Below, one piece after another: positions 1 through 10,120 of a DNA stretch of 31,187 bases. The stretch is from Thermococcus sp. JdFR-02. GTDB lineage: Archaea; Methanobacteriota_B; Thermococci; Thermococcales; Thermococcaceae. Under the pieces are notes generated by a model, which saw only the letters and a list, made by a program, of their open reading frames with translations, had not been told where the DNA came from and did not search any database. Numbering within the stretch: position 1 is the first letter of the stretch; every line of letters starts with the position of its first letter. Location of the stretch: contig MTLP01000010.1 in assembly GCA_002009975.1 (NCBI GenBank), positions 1 through 31,187 on the forward strand, given 5' to 3'. Both the position numbers and the translations under genes were made by a program.

Positions 1-1
1 T

Positions 2-931
2 ATTAATACGAGCGGTTACTTGCAGCAAAGAGCAGAATCTACAGGAAGGCAGACAACAAAGGAAGTAGCAACAGGACTACAAATCGACAAAGTAGTAGGA
101 CGCATCTCAGGAAACAAGATTGACAAAATGGGAATATACATTTCACTCCAAGCTGGTGGTGAGCCAATAGACCTGAGTCAGACAAAATTAGTGTTGAATG
201 ATCAAAAGAAGCTTGCTATATTGGAGTACAAGGACTTTACAAGAGTAAGAATTTCAACGGATATGGATGGAAAAATATTCAATACAACACTCGTAGGCAC
301 TAGTCAGAACATTACCTATGATTCATCTGTAAATGGAACAACAATTAGCTTAACCGTAAGCGGAACATTAGAGCAAGATTCAAATGGTAACTACGTTGGT
401 ACTCTAACAGTAACTGGTGGAAGCCTTGGAACAACTTCAGTTACCAATGCTAACTTTACAATCTCAAGTGGATATCTAAAGGTTACAGGAAACAGCTCTA
501 ATAATCTCATAATTACCTCAGGATATCTCGAAACAAATACAGGTAAAACATTACCCATAAAATATGCCAATCTAACAAGCCCAACGACACTAAGCGGGAG
601 CAGTGTATCAGTGAGTGGAACAATAAACAGCGGAAACCTTACAATTGCATCCATTTGGAATGTTTTGGACAATGACAATACCCACTTTGGATTAATAATT
701 GTTCAGGACGTTGATGGATCATTAAGCGGTGATGTTCCAACAATAACTGCGGGAGATATAGCAATTATTGTAGTTGACACTAAAGCAATCTTCTCAGATA
801 CCAGCGGAATACCAACAAGAACAACAGTAAGTGTTGAAGTTAAGCCAGAATTCGGTGCTTCAGGATTTACAGCGTTTACAACACCACCAAGCTATGGAAT
901 TGGTAACAACCAAGTCATAGAACTCAAGTGA
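2..931 (+). CDS. flaB: Archaellin (FlaB/ArlB), 5'-truncated by the window edge, with a long Ser/Thr/Gly/Asn-rich variable region
   Basis: Frame is open from position 2 (INTSGYLQQRAESTGRQTTKEVATG, the conserved archaellin N-terminal helix). Also shows AGGEPIDLSQT and C-terminal VKPEFGASG...TPPSY...VIELK. Lies upstream of flaC-J. Confidence 0.95.
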   Translation: MNTSGYLQQRAESTGRQTTKEVATGLQIDKVVGRISGNKIDKMGIYISLQAGGEPIDLSQTKLVLNDQKKLAILEYKDFTRVRISTDMDGKIFNTTLVGTSQNITYDSSVNGTTISLTVSGTLEQDSNGNYVGTLTVTGGSLGTTSVTNANFTISSGYLKVTGNSSNNLIITSGYLETNTGKTLPIKYANLTSPTTLSGSSVSVSGTINSGNLTIASIWNVLDNDNTHFGLIIVQDVDGSLSGDVPTITAGDIAIIVVDTKAIFSDTSGIPTRTTVSVEVKPEFGASGFTAFTTPPSYGIGNNQVIELK

Positions 932-959
932 CCTCTTTTATTTTTATTTTTTCTCTTTT
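932..959 (+). terminator. Oligo-T archaeal terminator/attenuator between flaB and flaC
   Basis: CCTCTTTTATTTTTATTTTTTCTCTTTT immediately after the flaB stop codon. Confidence 0.6.
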
Positions 960-973
960 AAGAGGTGGCAGAG

Positions 974-1453
974 ATGTCATTCAAGTACTTAAAAGATAAA
1001 TTCAAAAGGAGCAAGGAAAAGCAGGAGGATGTTGAAGAGGTTGTCATAGACGTTGAAGAAATGCAAGAAAGTGAGAACAACAGTGAACTTGAAGAAAGGT
1101 TAAATCTCGTAATGTCTAGAATATCTGAGATAGAAAATGACATTCCCAGGATAAAGATGGGTATTGACACCTTGAAAAGCCAGATACAGGAAATAAGAGG
1201 AGAGATTGATAGTCTGAATAAAACAATAAAAGACGTTATGATGCTCTATGAAGTGGTCTCAGAAGAGATAAATCCATTCAGGGATACAAGCAGGAGTAAT
1301 CCAATATTAAGTGAAATTCAAGATATCAAAAAAGTGATAGAGGACTTAAAAGCAGAAATCGCACAAATAAAAGCAGATCTAAGGCTTTTATCCAGTCATG
1401 GAATGGACGTGGAGTCTGTGATATATGAAGTGCTCTCGGAGGGTTTTGAATGA
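974..1453 (+). CDS. flaC: Archaellum accessory protein FlaC/ArlC
   Basis: Coiled-coil with IKDVMMLYEVVSEEINPF motif. GAGGTGG RBS precedes ATG 974. Position directly after flaB. Confidence 0.9.
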   Translation: MSFKYLKDKFKRSKEKQEDVEEVVIDVEEMQESENNSELEERLNLVMSRISEIENDIPRIKMGIDTLKSQIQEIRGEIDSLNKTIKDVMMLYEVVSEEINPFRDTSRSNPILSEIQDIKKVIEDLKAEIAQIKADLRLLSSHGMDVESVIYEVLSEGFE

Positions 1454-2283
1454 TAACTGAACTGGAAATAGATAATAAGCTTAAAAAACTCCAAGGAAAA
1501 GTACCCACAGTTCTAATAAATGATCTAAGAGAAAAACTAATTGCCAAAATGGACCTTCTTGAACCAGAACAAGTTGACAGGATTATTGAAAAGGTCATGG
1601 AAAAATATGCTTCACAAGTTGACAGACTGATAAAACTGGACAAGAGGATTGAAGAGATTGGAAAACATCTTGAAGAACTTTCTAAGAATCTCCTGCAAGA
1701 GAAAAAAGAACAGTGGATTAAAAATCAAGTCATTCAGGAGAATGCAAAAGCTGTAGAGAAAATCTCCAATGAATATTTACATGCATCCGAAACCAGTTTA
1801 GATGGCGGTTATGCGGCAAATAGTGTTAATGAAAGTTTAATGGAGGAAACACCCATGGAAGAACAACTTAATATACCAAAAGATATAGGTTTGATACTAT
1901 TCGATAGATCATCAAAGAAGTATAGATTGGAAAAGCTTCCTGATGATATGATCTCAACTATGACTGCGCTGAAGTGGCTTGGTTTCTTAATGGAGAGAGT
2001 GGGTGTTCAAAATCTCGAGAATGTTTTGGAATACTACTATGAGCTTGGGTGGATATCCGAGGAAGTTCTTAATGATCTGTTGAAGTATGCAAAAGGAACA
2101 AAGCCATATCATAGAGAACCGGATTGGAAACCAGCGGATAAATTAACAATTCAAGATCATGTAATATCACTCCTATTTATTGAAAGACTGAGAGGTACAA
2201 GGGTTAGTAGAGAAATTCTGGATATCCTTGAGAGGGAGATGAAACTAATAACAAAGGCAATCGAGGAGTTTTATGGTGTATAG
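1450..2283 (+). CDS. flaD: Archaellum accessory protein FlaD/E (ArlD)
   Basis: C-terminal WLGFLMERVG...LEYYYELGWIS...KLTIQDHVISLLFIERL is typical of the FlaD/E domain. ATGA overlap with flaC. Confidence 0.9.
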   Translation: MITELEIDNKLKKLQGKVPTVLINDLREKLIAKMDLLEPEQVDRIIEKVMEKYASQVDRLIKLDKRIEEIGKHLEELSKNLLQEKKEQWIKNQVIQENAKAVEKISNEYLHASETSLDGGYAANSVNESLMEETPMEEQLNIPKDIGLILFDRSSKKYRLEKLPDDMISTMTALKWLGFLMERVGVQNLENVLEYYYELGWISEEVLNDLLKYAKGTKPYHREPDWKPADKLTIQDHVISLLFIERLRGTRVSREILDILEREMKLITKAIEEFYGV

Positions 2284-2292
2284 GGGATTGCA

Positions 2293-2799
2293 ATGGGTTT
2301 CAGTGTTTCAGCAGCTTTCAGCATAATAGTAGTGTCCGCTTTGCTCATGATTTCTTTACTTTATACTTCTTTTGAAAACACATATATTGAAATCAGCAAG
2401 GCAAAAGAAGAGCACGAAAATGCAAAAATTAACTTACTTAATCAACGTCTTGATGCTAATTGGACCTACCAAGAAGGCGCTAGTGATTACAGCATGTATT
2501 TCAATATAACCAATAACGGCATTACTCTAAGACCGCAATATTGGAACATACTTTACGATGGAAGCATAAACTCAAATTATGTTTCCTTAGAATCACGCGA
2601 ATATTTACTTCCAGGGGAGACCATTGGGTTAAATGTGACCAATATTCCAAAAATCAGTGAAATTCATTCCCTAGTAGTTACAACTGAGTATGGGTGCTCT
2701 TTAAAAATTAAGTGGGAGTGGGTGTGGATTGATCAGAACCAAACAATTGGGGAGGTTAGAGTTCTCAGCGAATCTTGGTATTGCACATTGGAGGGATAA
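2293..2799 (+). CDS. flaF: Archaellum stator protein FlaF/ArlF
   Basis: MGFSVSAA N-terminal TM helix, NITNNG, YLLPGE and VVTTEYG motifs; operon position. Confidence 0.88.
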   Translation: MGFSVSAAFSIIVVSALLMISLLYTSFENTYIEISKAKEEHENAKINLLNQRLDANWTYQEGASDYSMYFNITNNGITLRPQYWNILYDGSINSNYVSLESREYLLPGETIGLNVTNIPKISEIHSLVVTTEYGCSLKIKWEWVWIDQNQTIGEVRVLSESWYCTLEG

Positions 2800-2801
2800 A
2801 A

Positions 2802-3272
2802 TTGGGAAGTGGAGTCATTCCAGAGCTTATACTCTTCATAGCAGCAATATTAGTTGCGGGCATGGTATCTGGGGCATTATACGTAACTACCCAAAATATT
2901 GCAGGAGAAATAGAGAACAAAGGACTCACTTTTGCACGAGATTTAAAAATAGACTTTGCTATAATCAATGATCCTGAAAACATACCTCTGGTTGATAACA
3001 ACACATATTATGTTTTCTACATTAAAAACACTGGGAAAGAGAGCTTTTTGTTTAGCTCGAATAATGTTGTCGTGCTTATTGATGGTGAGATAGTTGACTC
3101 ATCTAATCTCGTATTTGATAACTTAAGTAACCCAGGTCTTGAAGTTTTAAACCCTTATGAGATTGGAGAGCTTCGCGTTAATGCTACTGTTGTAGATACT
3201 TCAGTTCAATATCACAAAATCACGATTATAGTAGAAAATGGAAAGAAAAGAAGCTTAGTATTTAAAGTTTGA
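2802..3272 (+). CDS. flaG: Archaellum stator protein FlaG/ArlG
   Basis: ELILFIAAILVAGMV, DFAIINDP and YIKNTG motifs. Likely TTG start at 2802 after GGAGGG RBS (ORF track start 2775 overlaps flaF). Confidence 0.88.
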   Translation: MGSGVIPELILFIAAILVAGMVSGALYVTTQNIAGEIENKGLTFARDLKIDFAIINDPENIPLVDNNTYYVFYIKNTGKESFLFSSNNVVVLIDGEIVDSSNLVFDNLSNPGLEVLNPYEIGELRVNATVVDTSVQYHKITIIVENGKKRSLVFKV

Positions 3273-3283
3273 AGGTGTTAGAA

Positions 3284-3979
3284 ATGGGAGAGTTGTTAAG
3301 TATAGCAATAAAAAATGATGAACTTCATAGGAGGTTAGGTGGGGGTATTCCGGCGGGGAGTATAGTGTTAATAGAGGGAGATAGAGGAAGTGGGAAGTCT
3401 GTATTTTCTCAAAGGCTTCTATATGGTTTCCTATCTAACGGTCACTCTGTTTCTTATTTGTCAAGCCAATACACAACTGTCGAGTTTATAAACCAAATGT
3501 ATTCCTTGGGTTATGAAATTATACCTTTTCTTATAAGAAGAAAGCTCTTGTTTGTATCATTCTATCCACTTTTATCGGCTCTTTCTAGTGAAGAGAAGTT
3601 TTTAAGCAGACTTATTAATGAGCCTAGGATATGGGAGCCCGATGTTATAATAATAGATGCCATAAACCCCATAATCGGTAAAAGGGTCAGTGATTCTGCA
3701 TTAAGAATGTTCACTGAACATATGAAGAAAATGAGTTCATTAGGAAAAGTTACCATGCTAACAGTTAATGAAAAAGAAATGGATGAAGACCTTCTTTTAA
3801 AACTTGAGGAAATATCTACCCTGCTTATAAGACTTCAAGTTAAGGTATTTGGTGGAGATCTGAAAAATTCTGCCATGATTATAAAATATAACAACGCTAA
3901 AGGCTTATTTCAAAGAATAATACCGTTTAGAGTAGAACCAAAAGTAGGATTTATAGTGGAGATAGCGACGGTGGTGTAG
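3284..3979 (+). CDS. flaH: Archaellum KaiC/RecA-like ATP-binding protein FlaH/ArlH
   Basis: DELHRRLGGGIPAGS, Walker A GDRGSGKS, C-terminal IPFRVEPKVG. ATG 3284 follows AGGTG RBS. Confidence 0.95.
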   Translation: MGELLSIAIKNDELHRRLGGGIPAGSIVLIEGDRGSGKSVFSQRLLYGFLSNGHSVSYLSSQYTTVEFINQMYSLGYEIIPFLIRRKLLFVSFYPLLSALSSEEKFLSRLINEPRIWEPDVIIIDAINPIIGKRVSDSALRMFTEHMKKMSSLGKVTMLTVNEKEMDEDLLLKLEEISTLLIRLQVKVFGGDLKNSAMIIKYNNAKGLFQRIIPFRVEPKVGFIVEIATVV

Positions 3980-3980
3980 A

Positions 3981-5606
3981 ATGGCTGAATTTAATGATAC
4001 TTTAGAAGCAGCGATATACAGAAATCCACATCTTGGAAAATATGTTAATGATTTTACCAAAAGATATGGAAAACTTCCAGATTTTCACGTGAGCCTAAGT
4101 AGGGATATGAAAGATATTAGATATCCAAATATTATCTATCCCGTAGGTGATCCTATATTTATCCATATATATGGAGATCCGAAGACAGAAAAGAGGTACA
4201 TTGTTATAGAGCCCAGAATAGAGACAAGGGAAGAAGAAAACAAGTATGAGCTTATAAAGGACAAAATACTTGAAATGGCTCCATTAAGAGAAATTCCAGA
4301 AGATCCTGAGGAATTTGAAGCTCTATTAGATGAGCTATTTAATATTGCCGTTGAAAAATTAAGCTCTAGTGGAGGTTTTATAAGAAGGAGGAAAATCTCA
4401 TTCACAAAACAGGAACTTGACAAGTTTAGGTATTTAATAAAAAGGGATGTCATTGGTGTTGGACCCTTAGAACCCTTAGTTAGGGATCCATACATAGAGG
4501 ATATTCACGTTTTAGGAGCTCATCATATATCTCTAGTTCACAAGATTTTTGACGCATTACCAACTAATATTGCTTTTGAAAACGATATAAAATTAGCAGA
4601 TTACTTCAAAAGTCTAAGTGAGCGTATAGGTAGACCAGTCAGTGATAAAAACCCAATAGTAGATGGTACTCTACCGGATGGATCACGTATAAACATTATA
4701 TATAGTCCTGATGTCAGCATAAAAGGGCCAACAGCTACAATTCGTAAGTTCTCTGCAACTCCATTAAGCGTAGTACAGCTTGTAAACTGGAATACTTTCT
4801 CCGCTGAAGTTGCAGCTTACTTATGGATTGCTTTGGAGTATGGTATGAGTATTTTTGTTTGTGGAGAGACTGCAAGTGGAAAAACAACGACATTAAACTC
4901 TATAATACCATTTATCAAGCCCTCCTCAAAAATATATACTGCTGAAGATACCCCCGAGGTTGTTGTTCCACATTCCAACTGGCAACGTTTAGTTACAAGA
5001 GAAAGAGGGCCAGAGGAAAGCAGAGTAACCCTTTTCGACTTGTTAAAGGCGGCTTTGAGATCAAGACCTAATTACATTATAGTTGGTGAGATTAGAGGTG
5101 TGGAAGGTGCTATAGCTTTCCAAGCAATGCAAACAGGACACCCCGTTCTAAGTACCTTCCACGCGGGGGATATAAAGAAGATGATACAGAGATTTACTGG
5201 AAGCCCAATTAACGTCCCTGTTACATTCATAGATAACCTAAACATCGCAATTTTTCAACAAGCTGTTTATGTAAGAGGAAAGTTTCTTAGGAGAGTTGTT
5301 AATGTTGTTGAAATTGAAGGATATTATGAAGAAATTGGTGGAGTTGCTACGAGAAACGTATTTGAGTGGGATCCAGTAAGTGATAGACACATCTTTAGAG
5401 GTATGAACAATTCGTATATCCTAGAAAGAAAAATAGCAGAGGTTGCAGGTTATGAAGATCCCAAGGATATATATAATGAATTATTCTTGAGAGCTAGGAT
5501 AATCAAAAGAATGGGTGAATTAGGGATTACGAGCTACTGGGACGTTTATCGTGAGATAAAGAACTTTTATGAGAAAGGAATTGAAGGATTGAGCTTTAGA
5601 ATATGA
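3981..5606 (+). CDS. flaI: Archaellum assembly/motor ATPase FlaI/ArlI
   Basis: Walker A GETASGKT, AEDTPE, LRSRPNYIIVGEIRG and AMQTGH motifs of T2SS/T4P ATPases. Confidence 0.97.
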   Translation: MAEFNDTLEAAIYRNPHLGKYVNDFTKRYGKLPDFHVSLSRDMKDIRYPNIIYPVGDPIFIHIYGDPKTEKRYIVIEPRIETREEENKYELIKDKILEMAPLREIPEDPEEFEALLDELFNIAVEKLSSSGGFIRRRKISFTKQELDKFRYLIKRDVIGVGPLEPLVRDPYIEDIHVLGAHHISLVHKIFDALPTNIAFENDIKLADYFKSLSERIGRPVSDKNPIVDGTLPDGSRINIIYSPDVSIKGPTATIRKFSATPLSVVQLVNWNTFSAEVAAYLWIALEYGMSIFVCGETASGKTTTLNSIIPFIKPSSKIYTAEDTPEVVVPHSNWQRLVTRERGPEESRVTLFDLLKAALRSRPNYIIVGEIRGVEGAIAFQAMQTGHPVLSTFHAGDIKKMIQRFTGSPINVPVTFIDNLNIAIFQQAVYVRGKFLRRVVNVVEIEGYYEEIGGVATRNVFEWDPVSDRHIFRGMNNSYILERKIAEVAGYEDPKDIYNELFLRARIIKRMGELGITSYWDVYREIKNFYEKGIEGLSFRI

Positions 5607-5615
5607 GGTGGACTT

Positions 5616-7322
5616 ATGGCAAGCAGTAATATCAGCGCTTTCACAAAAGCAGACCTTGATGTGAGGACATATTTAAGGAAGGTTATATTGCCCAATGCAT
5701 TACTTGCAATGTTGATGTTTGTTCTAACATCAATCTTTCTTAGAATATACACCCTTCCTTCATGGGCAAAAGTTAGCGTTTATGCTATCTCCACCCTTCC
5801 ACTTATTTATGCTGTTCTCTATCCCTACGCAAGAGTTAGCTCTAAAAAGGTTCAAATTAATTCAAAAATACCCTACTTTGCCACTTATTTTGCTGTACTA
5901 TCAACAAGTGATGTGAGTAGGGCGGAGCTTGTATGGAACATTGCATCTGAAGAAACTCTTGAACCTATAGCAGGGGAGATGAGAAAAATCTACGTTCTTA
6001 TAGCAAAGTTCAATCGCGGATTACCTACTGCTCTTCGTTTCTTATCAAAGAGGAGCCCAAGCAAAGTTTTTGCAGACTTTCTTGATAGGTTAGCCTATTC
6101 TCTTGATAGTGGTGTAGAGCTTAAGGAGTATCTTCTGCGGGAACAACAGACAGTTATGGATGATTATGAAACATTCTATGAAGGAGCTCTTTATGACCTT
6201 GATGTATTTAAGGAAATATACTCCTCACTCATCATTGCAGTAGTTTTCATGGTTGCATTCATTATTATAGGTCCTATAATTACTGGACAGAGTATAGAAA
6301 TCTTAACAATCTTCGCTTTGATTTTAGTGTTAGCTACTGAAATCGGTGTTCTGTTGGTGATAAAGTATAGGATGCCAGAAGACAAGATATGGGCAAAAAA
6401 TGCAATGAACAGTGAAAGAAAGAAAAAAGTGTTAAAGGCGTTATTGATTTCTATAATTGGAACGATATTTACATCAGTTGTTTATGTATTGATTGTGAGA
6501 CCAAGGTTCAACTTTCCAGAATTCTTTTCTTTAGCTGTAATTCTAACACCTTTAGCCTATTTTGGGAGGGTATTAGATAGAGAGGAGGACAGCATAACTA
6601 TTAAAGATGAAAACTTCCCAGCATTTATAAGAAGCCTAAGCACCTCTTTAGCATCAAGTGGAAGTTCTATAACATTAGTCCTTAAGTATCTAAGCTCCCA
6701 TGATTTTGGAACTCTTACAACGGATATACGAAACCTATATCGTAGGTTAGCTGTTAGAGTGAGTGATACAAGAGCATGGGATTATTTTATTTCAGATACG
6801 GGAAGTTGGTTGATTAGCATGTTTTCAGAGATATTTAGGAAGAGCATAAGATTAGGGGCTGATCCAGAATACGTTGGATTGGTTATCTCGAGAAATTTTG
6901 AGAGGCTTATAAGACTTAGAAGGAAGAGGGTGCAAAGTGTATCAAGCTTTAAGGGTGTTATCTTTGGAGTAACGGGAGCATTTGCATTTTCATTAGCAGC
7001 GTCTTTTCAAGTTGTTCTATATATAAATAAAATATTCTCGGACATACAGACTCAAGGGGGATTCATAACAAATATACTCTTCATGCCTTCTGAAACAAGT
7101 CTTGCCCTTGCTAATTACATGATACTTTTGATGATCTTGATCCACTCCTTTGTATCTGCTATTGCAATAAAGTTTTCAGATGGAGGACATCTTGGAGTAG
7201 CGATTTATTATTTTGTAATGCTAACATGGGTGTCTGCAATTGGGGTATTCTTGGGGGACTATATAATGAGTAAGATGATACATGCAGGTGGGCTTATCTT
7301 TCCAATCATATGGGGGGGTTAG
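5616..7322 (+). CDS. flaJ: Archaellum membrane platform protein FlaJ/ArlJ
   Basis: Polytopic membrane protein with FADFLDRLAYSLDSG and DENFPAFIRSL motifs; follows flaI. Confidence 0.95.
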   Translation: MASSNISAFTKADLDVRTYLRKVILPNALLAMLMFVLTSIFLRIYTLPSWAKVSVYAISTLPLIYAVLYPYARVSSKKVQINSKIPYFATYFAVLSTSDVSRAELVWNIASEETLEPIAGEMRKIYVLIAKFNRGLPTALRFLSKRSPSKVFADFLDRLAYSLDSGVELKEYLLREQQTVMDDYETFYEGALYDLDVFKEIYSSLIIAVVFMVAFIIIGPIITGQSIEILTIFALILVLATEIGVLLVIKYRMPEDKIWAKNAMNSERKKKVLKALLISIIGTIFTSVVYVLIVRPRFNFPEFFSLAVILTPLAYFGRVLDREEDSITIKDENFPAFIRSLSTSLASSGSSITLVLKYLSSHDFGTLTTDIRNLYRRLAVRVSDTRAWDYFISDTGSWLISMFSEIFRKSIRLGADPEYVGLVISRNFERLIRLRRKRVQSVSSFKGVIFGVTGAFAFSLAASFQVVLYINKIFSDIQTQGGFITNILFMPSETSLALANYMILLMILIHSFVSAIAIKFSDGGHLGVAIYYFVMLTWVSAIGVFLGDYIMSKMIHAGGLIFPIIWGG

Positions 7323-7323
7323 C

Positions 7324-9258
7324 ATGAGAAAGATTTGGATACTATTTGTTTTAATCTTGATATCACAAGGAGTGTATGCGGAATCGGAGATATCAGGATG
7401 GATATTAGTCCCAAGTGTTGTTAAAGTAGGAGGTTATTCAATAGAAGCTAAGGACATTTCAGTTGCTGATTGGGATGTGCTCACAATAATTAGAGGTCCT
7501 AAATTGTATAAGGAGTACCTAATTTCAGTTGGGAGTGAGGTTCAGGCAGACAGGTTTTATATAACATATAAAAATGTGATAACAGGAGAACAGATATATG
7601 CTTTAACTAAAATAAAATTTCCATATCTTCTTGAGGGTCAGTCAATAAGTATCAACGGATATCAAATATTGCTTCGCTCTGTCAGCAAAGATAAAGTCCT
7701 TCTTAGAATATACAGCGAAAAAGAGAGTGAAGACTTGACAGTAAAGAAAGGTTCAACTGAAAAGTTTAGAGATCTTGAGATTTCTGCAATACCAGAACCC
7801 ACAATTTTTGATGGTTTTTTTGCCAAGAACAAAACATACATAATTGGGGATTGGAAAATAAGATTTCTCACATATAATATAACGGAAAATGGGGGCAATA
7901 TAACAGAAGAAGCCGAAATTGAGATAAACAATGTGCACTTTAAGGTTACAAAAAATCAGACTGTAACTTTTGGAAATGGATATCTGGTAGTTGACGATTT
8001 TATAGGAGAGAAGTACATAAAGGCTCGTTTAATAATTAGGGGTGCATATTTAGATATAAAACTCAATCCAAGTTATCATACAATTTTGGCTCAAAATAAA
8101 AGTGAAAAGATTGGACCATATATAGTTAAAGTAGAAAAGGTCATCGAAGACAAAGTATATGTTTTGATACTAAATCCCTGCGGGAAAATTCTTAAAAGCG
8201 GAATACTGACTTCAGGACAAATTGGTGAGGGAATATACTACGATGGCTTAACCCTTGGAGTTTTAAATATTACTAAGGAAAACAGTGTAGAAATAGTAGC
8301 ATTTTTGGATGACAAGCAAATCCCAAAGATAGAAGAATACGCATTATTAAATGTCACTTTTCTAGTTCCAGAGAATATTGGTCAGTATCAGCAATTTGAG
8401 GGGTATATTGAGCTAAAGAATGAAGGAAAAGTTGATCTAAAGTTCCTTCAGATAATACCGTCTATTTCAAAGGAATTTGAGATTGTGGGTACATATACAA
8501 ATTTTGTAGAGGAGCTTAAGGCTGGAAAAAGCATGAAAATACCAATAAGGCTAAAAGCTGTAAAAGAAGGTTCTCTCTATGCAGGTCAGATAAAAGTAAT
8601 TGCTTATGCTCCATTTGAGCTTGCTTGCGATGGTTTTCAAAAGCTTGAGTTTATATCTAACAAGGGTTGGACTAAGGTTGAGAGATACAATCCAAAGTAT
8701 GGTGTTATAATTAAAGCTCAAGATGGTAAAGTAGGAGAAAAAATAGGGGTCAATGTAACTGTTAAAAACTTTTCAAACTTTGAAGCTCCTTTCATGTTAA
8801 GGATTGCAATACCAAGAGAGTTCAGTATTTATAGTGAAGCGTCCATAGGTGTAAATAAGAATTGGTTGTATATCAACGAAACTTTGCCTGTAAATGGTAC
8901 AAAGACTTACAAGTTTGTTATTTTTCCGAATAAACCAGGAAAGTTCACAATTGAAGGTTCTTTAAGTTCAATGGGTGTGTTTTTTCAAAATAGTACAACC
9001 TTTACAGTTTATGGTAAGGAGCTAACTAATTCACCCTCCATATCAAATAACCTAAACACCACAAATAATTCAGCCTGCGAACCTAAAATAATAGAAAGAA
9101 CAGAAACAGTTGAAGTGCCAAGAGTTATTGAGCAAAATGTTACCTTTGTCCCATTAAAGTCAAAAATTCTATTTGGAGGTACGGGATTTATTGGAGGTGT
9201 TGCGTTTATACTTTTATTGGCATATATAGCCGCAAAGCTTGAAGAAAGGAAGAGATAG
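7324..9258 (+). CDS. Large secreted, C-terminally membrane-anchored beta-rich surface protein (S-layer-like/Ig-like domains), function unknown
   Basis: Signal peptide MRKIWILFVLILISQGVYA, beta-rich body, Ig/CARDB-like segments (IELKNEG, VNVTVKN), S/T/N linker, C-terminal TM plus KLEERKR tail. G-run RBS before ATG 7324. Confidence 0.75.
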   Translation: MRKIWILFVLILISQGVYAESEISGWILVPSVVKVGGYSIEAKDISVADWDVLTIIRGPKLYKEYLISVGSEVQADRFYITYKNVITGEQIYALTKIKFPYLLEGQSISINGYQILLRSVSKDKVLLRIYSEKESEDLTVKKGSTEKFRDLEISAIPEPTIFDGFFAKNKTYIIGDWKIRFLTYNITENGGNITEEAEIEINNVHFKVTKNQTVTFGNGYLVVDDFIGEKYIKARLIIRGAYLDIKLNPSYHTILAQNKSEKIGPYIVKVEKVIEDKVYVLILNPCGKILKSGILTSGQIGEGIYYDGLTLGVLNITKENSVEIVAFLDDKQIPKIEEYALLNVTFLVPENIGQYQQFEGYIELKNEGKVDLKFLQIIPSISKEFEIVGTYTNFVEELKAGKSMKIPIRLKAVKEGSLYAGQIKVIAYAPFELACDGFQKLEFISNKGWTKVERYNPKYGVIIKAQDGKVGEKIGVNVTVKNFSNFEAPFMLRIAIPREFSIYSEASIGVNKNWLYINETLPVNGTKTYKFVIFPNKPGKFTIEGSLSSMGVFFQNSTTFTVYGKELTNSPSISNNLNTTNNSACEPKIIERTETVEVPRVIEQNVTFVPLKSKILFGGTGFIGGVAFILLLAYIAAKLEERKR

Positions 9259-9513
9259 TTATAGAGCAATGATATTAAGACAAGTTTAATCTCATTCCCT
9301 GAAACAATTCAGCAGACCGCTGACAGGAAACAAGCTGAGAATGAACCATATACCTGCCATTAGCTTTGAAATTATTCCAAAAACGCTTTGTAGACCCTTA
9401 ACAGCCCTGTGGACAAGACTTAGTTCAATAGGGTTAAAAGCAGACTTATTTCCTTCCCATTAGTCAACCAAAACTGTAATAACAGAAGATACAAACTAGA
9501 CTACGTGAAAGTT

Positions 9514-10116
9514 ATGAGAAAGCTGTTCATTGTACTAATGATCTTGATATTGGCTATAGCATTAAGATTCCCAAGGGAGCAACAAGAAATAAAAGAATTT
9601 TCTGAAGAAAACACCTCCTTCCAGCGGACGTATAAAATATCAGAAGATCTTGAAGAGATCATTGCCCAAAGGATTTTTGAACAGATAAATGAGATTAGGG
9701 TCAAAAACAACTTGCCTCCTCTTAAATGGAATGAAACTTTGGAAAGAGTTGCCCAAGCACATGCCGAAGACATGGCAAGAAGAAACTATTTTTCCCATGA
9801 AAGTCCAGAAGGAGAAACATTTAGGGATAGACTAACTAGAGCAGGCTATGTTCCAAGGATTATATCCCAAAACGGTGCTAAAATAATGGTCTTTGGCGGG
9901 GAAAATTTATTTCTTTTTGGAGGCACTCCAGAGAGTGCTGATCAGGTTGTTAATGAAGCTATAAAAGGATGGATGTCCTCTAAAGGGCATAGAGAAAACA
10001 TTCTAAGAAAAGAATTCGCCTTAACTGGAATTGGAGTTGAATATGACGAAGATGGCTGCTTTTATGAAAACCAAACCTTTGAGATCTGCATCTATATAGT
10101 CCAAATGTTTGGATAA
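9514..10116 (+). CDS. CAP/SCP (YkwD-like) domain membrane-anchored or secreted protein
   Basis: INEIRVKNNLPPL, AQAHAEDMARRNYFSH, GEN, WMSSKGHRENIL, TGIGV motifs; N-terminal hydrophobic segment. Start could be GTG 9505 or ATG 9514. Confidence 0.9.
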   Translation: MRKLFIVLMILILAIALRFPREQQEIKEFSEENTSFQRTYKISEDLEEIIAQRIFEQINEIRVKNNLPPLKWNETLERVAQAHAEDMARRNYFSHESPEGETFRDRLTRAGYVPRIISQNGAKIMVFGGENLFLFGGTPESADQVVNEAIKGWMSSKGHRENILRKEFALTGIGVEYDEDGCFYENQTFEICIYIVQMFG

Positions 10117-10120
10117 AAAA

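Noticed and set aside
7311-7319. G7 run at the flaJ 3' end as a possible phase-variation tract
   Set aside because: Short, within the last codons of flaJ, and explained as the RBS of the next gene
9292-9495. Minus-strand 55-codon open stretch (WEGNKSAF...NCFRE) preceded by an in-frame stop; possible pseudogene
   Set aside because: No start codon or RBS at its 5' end, no recognisable family, and further stops upstream; needs tBLASTx to support
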